Assembly (NCBI RefSeq): GCF_035084215.1
Contig: NW_027139247.1
Span: 496,001-529,794, forward strand
Direction: 5' to 3'
DNA: 33,794 nt
DNA from: Heptranchias perlo
Taxonomy: Eukaryota
Below, piece after piece: positions 20,001 to 32,000 of this stretch. The first letter of the stretch is position 1. Each line of letters begins with the position of its first letter. The notes below the pieces were generated by a model that saw nothing but the letters and a program-made list of their open reading frames with translations, had not been told where the DNA came from and searched no databases. Both the position numbers and the translations under genes were made by a program.

Positions 20001-23000
20001 TGAGATTCCCCCTCTCTCTGTCTGGTGTTTTGGTCAGTCTGGGAGCGGTGATTGATGGTGAGATTCCCCCCTGTCTGTCTGGTGTTTTGGTCAGTCTGTG
20101 AGCGGTGATTGATGGTGAGATTCCCCGGTGTCTGTCTGGTGTTTTGGTCAGTCTGGGAGCGGTGACTGACGGTGAGATTCCCCTCTGTCTGTCTGGTGTT
20201 TTGGTCAGTCTGGGAGCGGTGATTGATGGTGAGATTCCCCCCTGTCTGTCTGGTGTTTTGGTCAGTCTGGGAGCGGTGATTGATGGTGAGATTCCCCCCT
20301 GTCTGTCTGGTGTTTTGGTCAGTCTGGGAGCGGTCACTGATGGTGAGCTTCCCCCCCTGTCTGTCTGGTGTTTTGGTCAGTCTGGGAGCGGTGACTGATG
20401 GTGAGATTCGCCCCTCTGTCTGTCTGGTGTGTTGGTCAGTCTGGGAGCGGTGATTGATGGTTTGATTCCCCCCTGTCTGTCTGGTGTTTTGGTCAGACTG
20501 AGAGCGGTGATTGATGGTGAGATTCCCCTCTGTCTGTCTGGCGTTTTGATCAGTCTGGGAGCGGTGACTGATGGTTTGATTCCCCCCTGTCTGTCTGGTG
20601 TTTTGGTCAGTCTGGGAGCGGTGATTGATGGTGAGATTCCCCCCTGTCTGTCTGGTGTTTTGGTCAGTCTGGGAGCGGTGATTGATGGTGAGATTCCCCC
20701 CTGTCTGTCTGGTGTTTTGTTCAGTCTGGGAGCGGTGACTGATGGTGAGATTCCCCTCTGTCTGTCTGGTGTTTTGGTCAGTCTGGGAGCGGTCACTGAT
20801 GGTGAGATTCCCCTCTGTCTGTCTGGTGTTTTGGTCAGTCTGGGAGCGGTGATTGATGGTGAGATTCCCCCCTGTCTGTCTGGTGTTTTGGTCAGTCTGG
20901 GAGCGGTGACTGATGGTGAGATTCCCCTCTGTCTGTCTGGTGTTTTGGTCAGTCTGGGAGCGGTGATTGATGGTGAGATTCCCCCCTGTCTGTCTGGTGT
21001 TTTGGTCAGTCTGGGAGCGGTGATTGACGGTGAGATTCCCCTCTGTCTGTCTGGTGTTTTGGTCAGTCTGGGAGCGGTGACTGATGGTGAGATTCCCCTC
21101 TGTCTGTCTGGTGTTTTGGTCAGTCTGGGAGCGGTGACTGATGGTGAGATTCCCCTCTGTCTGTCTGGTGTTTTGGTCAGTCTGGGAGCGGTGACTGATG
21201 GTGAGATTTCCCTCTGTCTGTCTGGTGTTTTGGTCAGTCTGGGAGCGGTCACTGATGGTGAGATTCCCCCCTGTCTGTCCGGTGTTTTGGTCAGTCTGGG
21301 AGCGGTGACTGATGGTGAGATTTCCCTCTGTCTGTCTGGTGTTTTGGTCAGTCTGGGAGCGGTGACAGATGGTGAGATTTCCCTCTGTCTGTCTGGTGTT
21401 TTGGTCAGTCTGGGAGCGGTGACAGATGGTGAGATTCCCCTCTGTCTGTCTGGTGTTTTGGTCAGTCTGGGAGCGGTGACTGATGGTGAGATTCCCCCCC
21501 TGTCTGTCTGGTGTTTTGGTCAGTCTGGGAGCGGTGACTGATGGTGAGATTCCCCCCTGTCTGTCTGGTGTTTTGGTCAGTCTGGGAGCGGTGACTGATG
21601 GTGAGATTCCCCTCTGTCTGTCTGGTGTTTTGGTCAGTCTGGGAGCGGTGACTGATGGTGAGATTCCCCCCCTGTCTGTCTGGTGTTTTGGTCAGTCTGG
21701 GAGCGGTGACTGATGGTGAGATTCCCCCCCTGTCTGTCTGGTGTTTTGGTCAGTCTGGGAGCGGTGACTGATGGTGAGATTCCCCCCTGTCTGTCTGGTG
21801 TTTTGGTCAGTCTGGGAGCGGTGACTGATGGTGAGATTCCCCTCTGTCTGTCTGGTGTTTTGGTCAGTCTGGGAGCGGTGATTGATGGTGAGATTCCCCC
21901 CTGTCTGTCTGGTGTTTTGGTCAGTCTGGGAGCGGTGACTGATGGTGAGATTCCCCTCTGTCTGTCTGGTGTTTTGGTCAGTCTGGGAGCGGTGACAGAT
22001 GGTGAGATTCCCCTCTGTCTGTCTGGTGTTTTGGTCAGTCTGGGAGCGGTGACTGATGGTGAGATTCCCCCCCTGTCTGTCTGGTGTTTTGGTCAGTCTG
22101 GGAGCGGTGACTGATGGTGAGATTCCCCCCTGTCTGTCTGGTGTTTTGGTCAGTCTGGGAGCGGTGACTGATGGTGAGATTCCCCTCTGTCTGTCTGGTG
22201 TTTTGGTCAGTCTGGGAGCAGTGACTGATGGTGAGATTCTCCAACTGTCTGTCTGGTGTTTTGGTCAGTCTGGGAGCGGTGACTGATGGTGAGATTCCCC
22301 CCCTGTCTGTCTGGTGTTTTGGTCAGTCTGGGAGCGGTGACTGATGGTGAGATTCCCCCCTGTCTGTCTGGTGTTTTGGTCAGTCTGGGAGCGGTGACTG
22401 ATGGTGAGATTCCCCCCTGTCTGTCTGGTGTTTTGGTCAGTCTGGGAGCAGTGACTGATGGTGAGATTCCCCCCTGTCTGTCTGGTGTTTTGGTCAGTCT
22501 GGGAGCGGTGACTGATGGTGAGATTCCCCCCTGTCTGTCTGGTGTTTTGGTCAGTCTGGGAGCGGTCACTGATGGTGGGATTCCCCTCTGTCTGTCTGGT
22601 GTTTTGGTCAGTCTGGGAGCGGTGACTGATGGTGAGATTCCCCCCTGTCTGTCTGGTGTTTTGGTCAGTCTGGGAGCGGTGATTAATGGTGAGATTCCCC
22701 CCTGTCTGTCTGGTGTTTTGGTCAGTCCGGGAGCAGTGACTGATGGTGAGATTCCCCCCTGTCTGTCTGGTGTTTTGGTCAGTCTGGGATCGGTAATTGA
22801 TGGTGAGATTCCCCCCTGTCTGTCTGGTGTTTTGGTCAGTCTGGGAGCGGTGACTGATGGTGAGATTCCCCCCTGTCTGTCTGGTGTTTAGGTCAGTCTG
22901 GGAGCGGTGATTGATGGTGAGATTCCCCCCTGTCTGTCTGGTGTTTTGGTCAGTCTGGGAGCGGTGACTGATGGTGAGATTCCCCCCTGTCTGTCTGGTG

Positions 23001-26000
23001 TTTTGGTCAGTCTGGGAGCGGTGACTGATGGTGAGATTCCCCCCTGTCTGTCTGGTGTTTTGGTCAGTCTGGGAGCGGTGACTGATGGTGAGATTCCCCC
23101 TCTCTCTGTCTGGTGTTTTGGTCAGTCTGGGAGCGGTGATTGATGGTGAGATTCCCCCCTGTCTGTCTGGTGTTTTGGTCAGTCTGTGAGCGGTGATTGA
23201 TGGTGAGATTCCCCGGTGTCTGTCTGGTGTTTTGGTCAGTCTGGGAGCGGTGACTGACGGTGAGATTCCCCTCTGTCTGTCTGGTGTTTTGGTCAGTCTG
23301 GGAGCGGTGATTGATGGTGAGATTCCCCCCTGTCTGTCTGGTGTTTTGGTCAGTCTGGGAGCGGTGATTGATGGTGAGATTCCCCCCTGTCTGTCTGGTG
23401 TTTTGGTCAGTCTGGGAGCGGTCACTGATGGTGAGCTTCCCCCCCTGTCTGTCTGGTGTTTTGGTCAGTCTGGGAGCGGTGACTGATGGTGAGATTCGCC
23501 CCTCTGTCTGTCTGGTGTGTTGGTCAGTCTGGGAGCGGTGATTGATGGTTTGATTCCCCCCTGTCTGTCTGGTGTTTTGGTCAGACTGAGAGCGGTGATT
23601 GATGGTGAGATTCCCCTCTGTCTGTCTGGCGTTTTGATCAGTCTGGGAGCGGTGACTGATGGTTTGATTCCCCCCTGTCTGTCTGGTGTTTTGGTCAGTC
23701 TGGGAGCGGTGATTGATGGTGAGATTCCCCCCTGTCTGTCTGGTGTTTTGGTCAGTCTGGGAGCGGTGATTGATGGTGAGATTCCCCCCTGTCTGTCTGG
23801 TGTTTTGTTCAGTCTGGGAGCGGTGACTGATGGTGAGATTCCCCTCTGTCTGTCTGGTGTTTTGGTCAGTCTGGGAGCGGTCACTGATGGTGAGATTCCC
23901 CTCTGTCTGTCTGGTGTTTTGGTCAGTCTGGGAGCGGTGATTGATGGTGAGATTCCCCCCTGTCTGTCTGGTGTTTTGGTCAGTCTGGGAGCGGTGACTG
24001 ATGGTGAGATTCCCCTCTGTCTGTCTGGTGTTTTGGTCAGTCTGGGAGCGGTGATTGATGGTGAGATTCCCCCCTGTCTGTCTGGTGTTTTGGTCAGTCT
24101 GGGAGCGGTGATTGACGGTGAGATTCCCCTCTGTCTGTCTGGTGTTTTGGTCAGTCTGGGAGCGGTGACTGATGGTGAGATTCCCCTCTGTCTGTCTGGT
24201 GTTTTGGTCAGTCTGGGAGCGGTGACTGATGGTGAGATTCCCCTCTGTCTGTCTGGTGTTTTGGTCAGTCTGGGAGCGGTGACTGATGGTGAGATTTCCC
24301 TCTGTCTGTCTGGTGTTTTGGTCAGTCTGGGAGCGGTCACTGATGGTGAGATTCCCCCCTGTCTGTCCGGTGTTTTGGTCAGTCTGGGAGCGGTGACTGA
24401 TGGTGAGATTTCCCTCTGTCTGTCTGGTGTTTTGGTCAGTCTGGGAGCGGTGACAGATGGTGAGATTTCCCTCTGTCTGTCTGGTGTTTTGGTCAGTCTG
24501 GGAGCGGTGACAGATGGTGAGATTCCCCTCTGTCTGTCTGGTGTTTTGGTCAGTCTGGGAGCGGTGACTGATGGTGAGATTCCCCCCCTGTCTGTCTGGT
24601 GTTTTGGTCAGTCTGGGAGCGGTGACTGATGGTGAGATTCCCCCCTGTCTGTCTGGTGTTTTGGTCAGTCTGGGAGCGGTGACTGATGGTGAGATTCCCC
24701 TCTGTCTGTCTGGTGTTTTGGTCAGTCTGGGAGCGGTGACTGATGGTGAGATTCCCCCCCTGTCTGTCTGGTGTTTTGGTCAGTCTGGGAGCGGTGACTG
24801 ATGGTGAGATTCCCCCCCTGTCTGTCTGGTGTTTTGGTCAGTCTGGGAGCGGTGACTGATGGTGAGATTCCCCCCTGTCTGTCTGGTGTTTTGGTCAGTC
24901 TGGGAGCGGTGACTGATGGTGAGATTCCCCTCTGTCTGTCTGGTGTTTTGGTCAGTCTGGGAGCGGTGATTGATGGTGAGATTCCCCCCTGTCTGTCTGG
25001 TGTTTTGGTCAGTCTGGGAGCGGTGACTGATGGTGAGATTCCTCTCTGTCTGTCTGGTGTTTTGGTCAGTCTGGGAGCGGTGACTGATGGTGAGATTTCC
25101 CTCTGTCTGTCTGGTGTTTTGGTCAGTCTGGGAGCGGTCACTGATGGTGAGATTCCCCCCTGTCTGTCTGGTGTTTTGGTCAGTCTGGGAGCGGTGACTG
25201 ATGGTGAGATTTCCCTCTGTCTGTCTGGTGTTTTGGTCAGTCTGGGAGCAGTGACAGATGGTGAGATTTCCCTCTGTCTGTCTGGTGTTTTGGTCAGTCT
25301 GGGAGTGGTGACAGATGGTGAGATTCCCCTCTGTCTGTCTGGTGTTTTGGTCAGTCTGGGAGCGGTGACTGATGGTGAGATTCCCCCCCTGTCTGTCTGG
25401 TGTTTTGGTCAGTCTGGGAGCGGTGACTGATGGTGAGATTCCCCCCTGTCTGTCTGGTGTTTTGGTCAGTCTGGGAGCGGTGACTGATGGTGAGATTCCC
25501 CTCTGTCTGTCTGGTGTTTTGGTCAGTCTGGGAGCGGTGACTGATGGTGAGATTCCCCCCCTGTCTGTCTGGTGTTTTGGTCAGTCTGGGAGCGGTGACT
25601 GATGGTGAGATTCCCCCCCTGTCTGTCTGGTGTTTTGGTCAGTCTGGGAGCGGTGACTGATGGTGAGATTCCCCCCTGTCTGTCTGGTGTTTTGGTCAGT
25701 CTAGGAGCGGTGACTGATGGTGAGATTCCCCCCTGTCTGTCTGGTGTTTTGGTCAGTCTGGGAGCAGTGACTGATGGTGAGATTCCCCCCTGTCTGTCTG
25801 GTGTTTTGGTCAGTCTGGGAGCGGTGACTGATGGTGAGATTCCCCCCTGTCTGTCTGGTGTTTTGGTCAGTCTGGGAGCGGTCACTGATGGTGGGATTCC
25901 CCTCTGTCTGTCTGGTGTTTTGGTCAGTCTGGGAGCGGTGACTGATGGTGAGATTCCCCCCTGTCTGTCTGGTGTTTTGGTCAGTCTGGGAGCGGTGATT

Positions 26001-29000
26001 AATGGTGAGATTCCCCCCTGTCTGTCTGGTGTTTTGGTCAGTCCGGGAGCAGTGACTGATGGTGAGATTCCCCCCTGTCTGTCTGGTGTTTTGGTCAGTC
26101 TGGGATCGGTGATTGATGGTGAGATTCCCCCCTGTCTGTCTCTTGTTTTGGTCAGTCTGGGAGCGGTCACTGATGGTGAGATTCCCCCCTGTCTGTCTGG
26201 TGTTTAGGTCAGTCTGGGAGCGGTGACTGATGGTGAGATTCCCCTCTGTCTGTCTGGTGTTTTGGTCAGTCTGGGAGCGGTGACTGATGGTGAGATTCCC
26301 CCCTGTCTGTCTGGTGTTTTGGTCAGTCTGGGAGCGGTGACTGATGGTGAGATTCCCCCTCTCTCTGTCTGGTGTTTTGCTCAGTCTGGGAGCGGTGATT
26401 GATTGTGAGATTCCCCCCTGTCTGTCTGGTGTTTTGGTCAGTCTGTGAGCGGTGATTGATGTTGAGATTCCCCGGTGTCTGTCTGGTGTTTTGGTCAGTC
26501 TGGGAGCGGTGACTGACGGTGAGATTCCCCTCTGTCTGTCTGGTGTTTTGGTCAGTCTGGGAGCGGTGATTGATGGTGAGATTCCCCCCTGTCTGTCTGG
26601 TGTTTTGGTCAGTCTGGGAGCGGTGATTGATGGTGAGATTCCCCCCTGTCTGTCTGGTGTTTTGGTCAGTCTGGGAGCGGTGATTGATGGTGAGATTCCC
26701 CCCTGTCTGTCTGGTGTTTTGGTCAGTCTGTGAGCGGTGATTGATGGTGAGATTCCCCGGTGTCTGTCTGGTGTTTTGGTCAGTCTGGGAGCGGTGACTG
26801 ACGGTGAGATTCCCCTCTGTCTGTCTGGTGTTTTGGTCAGTCTGGGAGCGGTGATTGATGGTGAGATTCCCCCCTGTCTGTCTGGTGTTTTGGTCAGTCT
26901 GGGAGCGGTGATTGATGGTGAGATTCCCCCCTGTCTGTCTGGTGTTTTGGTCAGTCTGGGAGCGGTCACTGATGGTGAGCTTCCCCCCCTGTCTGTCTGG
27001 TGTTTTGGTCAGTCTGGGAGCGGTGACTGATGGTGAGATTCGCCCCTCTGTCTGTCTGGTGTGTTGGTCAGTCTGGGAGCGGTGATTGATGGTTTGATTC
27101 CCCCCTGTCTGTCTGGTGTTTTGGTCAGACTGAGAGCGGTGATTGATGGTGAGATTCCCCTCTGTCTGTCTGGCGTTTTGATCAGTCTGGGAGCGGTGAC
27201 TGATGGTTTGATTCCCCCCTGTCTGTCTGGTGTTTTGGTCAGTCTGGGAGCGGTGATTGATGGTGAGATTCCCCCCTGTCTGTCTGGTGTTTTGGTCAGT
27301 CTGGGAGCGGTGATTGATGGTGAGATTCCCCCCTGTCTGTCTGGTGTTTTGTTCAGTCTGGGAGCGGTGACTGATGGTGAGATTCCCCTCTGTCTGTCTG
27401 GTGTTTTGGTCAGTCTGGGAGCGGTCACTGATGGTGAGATTCCCCTCTGTCTGTCTGGTGTTTTGGTCAGTCTGGGAGCGGTGATTGATGGTGAGATTCC
27501 CCCCTGTCTGTCTGGTGTTTTGGTCAGTCTGGGAGCGGTGACTGATGGTGAGATTCCCCTCTGTCTGTCTGGTGTTTTGGTCAGTCTGGGAGCGGTGATT
27601 GATGGTGAGATTCCCCCCTGTCTGTCTGGTGTTTTGGTCAGTCTGGGAGCGGTGATTGACGGTGAGATTCCCCTCTGTCTGTCTGGTGTTTTGGTCAGTC
27701 TGGGAGCGGTGACTGATGGTGAGATTCCCCTCTGTCTGTCTGGTGTTTTGGTCAGTCTGGGAGCGGTGACTGATGGTGAGATTCCCCTCTGTCTGTCTGG
27801 TGTTTTGGTCAGTCTGGGAGCGGTGACTGATGGTGAGATTTCCCTCTGTCTGTCTGGTGTTTTGGTCAGTCTGGGAGCGGTCACTGATGGTGAGATTCCC
27901 CCCTGTCTGTCCGGTGTTTTGGTCAGTCTGGGAGCGGTGACTGATGGTGAGATTTCCCTCTGTCTGTCTGGTGTTTTGGTCAGTCTGGGAGCGGTGACAG
28001 ATGGTGAGATTTCCCTCTGTCTGTCTGGTGTTTTGGTCAGTCTGGGAGCGGTGACAGATGGTGAGATTCCCCTCTGTCTGTCTGGTGTTTTGGTCAGTCT
28101 GGGAGCGGTGACTGATGGTGAGATTCCCCCCCTGTCTGTCTGGTGTTTTGGTCAGTCTGGGAGCGGTGACTGATGGTGAGATTCCCCCCTGTCTGTCTGG
28201 TGTTTTGGTCAGTCTGGGAGCGGTGACTGATGGTGAGATTCCCCTCTGTCTGTCTGGTGTTTTGGTCAGTCTGGGAGCGGTGACTGATGGTGAGATTCCC
28301 CCCCTGTCTGTCTGGTGTTTTGGTCAGTCTGGGAGCGGTGACTGATGGTGAGATTCCCCCCCTGTCTGTCTGGTGTTTTGGTCAGTCTGGGAGCGGTGAC
28401 TGATGGTGAGATTCCCCCCTGTCTGTCTGGTGTTTTGGTCAGTCTGGGAGCGGTGACTGATGGTGAGATTCCCCTCTGTCTGTCTGGTGTTTTGGTCAGT
28501 CTGGGAGCGGTGATTGATGGTGAGATTCCCCCCTGTCTGTCTGGTGTTTTGGTCAGTCTGGGAGCGGTGACTGATGGTGAGATTCCTCTCTGTCTGTCTG
28601 GTGTTTTGGTCAGTCTGGGAGCGGTGACTGATGGTGAGATTTCCCTCTGTCTGTCTGGTGTTTTGGTCAGTCTGGGAGCGGTCACTGATGGTGAGATTCC
28701 CCCCTGTCTGTCTGGTGTTTTGGTCAGTCTGGGAGCGGTGACTGATGGTGAGATTTCCCTCTGTCTGTCTGGTGTTTTGGTCAGTCTGGGAGCAGTGACA
28801 GATGGTGAGATTTCCCTCTGTCTGTCTGGTGTTTTGGTCAGTCTGGGAGTGGTGACAGATGGTGAGATTCCCCTCTGTCTGTCTGGTGTTTTGGTCAGTC
28901 TGGGAGCGGTGACTGATGGTGAGATTCCCCCCCTGTCTGTCTGGTGTTTTGGTCAGTCTGGGAGCGGTGACTGATGGTGAGATTCCCCCCTGTCTGTCTG

Positions 29001-32000
29001 GTGTTTTGGTCAGTCTGGGAGCGGTGACTGATGGTGAGATTCCCCTCTGTCTGTCTGGTGTTTTGGTCAGTCTGGGAGCGGTGACTGATGGTGAGATTCC
29101 CCCCCTGTCTGTCTGGTGTTTTGGTCAGTCTGGGAGCGGTGACTGATGGTGAGATTCCCCCCCTGTCTGTCTGGTGTTTTGGTCAGTCTGGGAGCGGTGA
29201 CTGATGGTGAGATTCCCCCCTGTCTGTCTGGTGTTTTGGTCAGTCTAGGAGCGGTGACTGATGGTGAGATTCCCCCCTGTCTGTCTGGTGTTTTGGTCAG
29301 TCTGGGAGCAGTGACTGATGGTGAGATTCCCCCCTGTCTGTCTGGTGTTTTGGTCAGTCTGGGAGCGGTGACTGATGGTGAGATTCCCCCCTGTCTGTCT
29401 GGTGTTTTGGTCAGTCTGGGAGCGGTCACTGATGGTGGGATTCCCCTCTGTCTGTCTGGTGTTTTGGTCAGTCTGGGAGCGGTGACTGATGGTGAGATTC
29501 CCCCCTGTCTGTCTGGTGTTTTGGTCAGTCTGGGAGCGGTGATTAATGGTGAGATTCCCCCCTGTCTGTCTGGTGTTTTGGTCAGTCCGGGAGCAGTGAC
29601 TGATGGTGAGATTCCCCCTGTCTGTCTGGTGTTTTGGTCAGTCTGGGATCGGTGATTGATGGTGAGATTCCCCCCTGTCTGTCTCTTGTTTTGGTCAGTC
29701 TGGGAGCGGTCACTGATGGTGAGATTCCCCCCTGTCTGTCTGGTGTTTAGGTCAGTCTGGGAGCGGTGACTGATGGTGAGATTCCCCTCTGTCTGTCTGG
29801 TGTTTTGGTCAGTCTGGGAGCGGTGACTGATGGTGAGATTCCCCCCTGTCTGTCTGGTGTTTTGGTCAGTCTGGGAGCGGTGACTGATGGTGAGATTCCC
29901 CCTCTCTCTGTCTGGTGTTTTGCTCAGTCTGGGAGCGGTGATTGATTGTGAGATTCCCCCCTGTCTGTCTGGTGTTTGGTCAGTCTGTGAGCGGTGATTG
30001 ATGTTGAGATTCCCCGGTGTCTGTCTGGTGTTTTGGTCAGTCTGGGAGCGGTGACTGACGGTGAGATTCCCCTCTGTCTGTCTGGTGTTTTGGTCAGTCT
30101 GGGAGCGGTGATTGATGGTGAGATTCCCCCCTGTCTGTCTGGTGTTTTGGTCAGTCTGGGAGCGGTGATTGATGGTGAGATTCCCCCCTGTCTGTCTGGT
30201 GTTTTGGTCAGTCTGGGAGCGGTGATTGATGGTGAGATTCCCCCCTGTCTGTCTGCTGTTTTAGTCAGTCTGGGAGCGGTCACTGATGGTGAGCTTCCCC
30301 CCCTGTCTGTCTGGTGTTTTGGTCAGTCTGGGAGCGGTGACTGATGGTGAGATTCCCCCCTCTGTCTGTCTGGTGTGTTGGTCAGTCTGGGAGCGGTGAT
30401 TGATGGTTTGATTCCCCCCTGTCTGTCTGGTGTTTTGGTCAGTCTGAGAGCGGTGATTGATGGTGAGATTCCCCTCTGTCTGTCTGGTGTTTTGGTCAGT
30501 CTGGGAGCGGTCACTGATGGTGAGATTCCCCCCTGTCTGTCTGGTTTTTTGGTCAGTCTGGGAGCGGTGACTGATGGTGAGATTCCCCTCTGTCTGTCTG
30601 TTGTTTTGGTCAGTCTGGGAGCGGTGATTGATGGTGAGATTCCCCCCTGTCTGTCTGGTGTTTTGGTCAGTCTGGGAGCGGTCACTGATGGTGAGATTCC
30701 CCTCTGTCTGTCTGGTGTTTTGGTCAGTCTGGGAGCGGTGACTGATGGTGAGATTTCCCTCTGTCTGTCTGGTGTTTTGGTCAGTCTGGGAGCGGTCACT
30801 GATGGTGAGATTCCCCCCTGTCTGTCCGGTGTTTTGGTCAGTCTGGGAGCGGTGACTGATGGTGAGATTTCCCTCTGTCTGTCTGGTGTTTTGGTCAGTC
30901 TGGGAGCGGTGACAGATGGTGAGATTTCCCTCTGTCTGTCTGGTGTTTTGGTCAGTCTGGGAGCGGTGACAGATGGTGAGATTCCCCTCTGTCTGTCTGG
31001 TGTTTTGGTCAGTCTGGAGCGGTGACTGATGGTGAGATTCCCCCCCTGTCTGTCTGGTGTTTTGGTCAGTCTGGGAGCGGTGACTGATGGTGAGATTCCC
31101 CCCTGTCTGTCTGGTGTTTAGGTCAGTCTGGGAGCGGTGACTGATGGTGAGATTCCCCTCTGTCTGTCTGGTGTTTTGGTCAGTCTGGGAGCGGTGACTG
31201 ATGGTGAGATTCCCCCCCTGTCTGTCTGGTGTTTTGGTCAGTCTGGGAGCGGTGACTGATGGTGAGATTCCCCCCTGTCTGTCTGGTGTTTTGGTCAGTC
31301 TGGGAGCGGTGACTGATGGTGAGATTCCCCCTGTCTGTCTGCTGTTTTGGTCAGTCTGGGAGCGTGACTGATGGTGAGATTCCCCCTGTCTGTCTGGTGT
31401 TTTGGTCAGTCTGGGAGCGGTGACTGATGGTGGGATTCCCCCCTGTCTGTCTGCGTGTTTTGGTCAGTCTGGGAGCGGTGACTGATGGTGAGATTCCCCC
31501 CTGTCTGTCTGCTGTTTGGTCAGTCTGGGAGCGGTGACTGATGGTGGGATTCCCCCCTGTCTGTCTGGTGTTTTGGTCAGTCTGGGAGCGGTGACTGATG
31601 GTGAGATTCCCCCCTGTCTGTCTGCTGTTTTGGTCAGTCTGGGAGCGGTGACTGATGGTGGGATTCCCCCCTGTCTGTCTGGTGTTTTGGTCAGTCTGGG
31701 AGCGGTGACTGATGGTGAGATTCCCCCCTGTCTGTCTGCTGTTTTGGTCAGTCTGGGAGCGGTGACTGATGGTGAGATTCCCCCTGTCTGTCTGGTGTTT
31801 TGGTCAGTCTGGGAGCAGTGACTGATGGTGGGATTCCCCCTGTCTGTCTGCTGTTTTGGTCAGTCTGGGAGCGGTGACTTTTGGTGGGATTCCCCCCTGT
31901 CTGTCTGGTGTTTTGGTCAGTCTGGGAGCGGTGACTGATGGTGAGATTCCCCCCCTGTCTGTCTGGTGTTTTGGTCAGTCTGGGAGCAGGTGACTGATGG

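Noticed and set aside
27061-30375. One HOR spacing (3314 bp) equals the offset of the 6370/9684 duplication
   Set aside because: No sequence similarity between the two regions and the other HOR spacings differ (3088, 3544); treated as coincidence.
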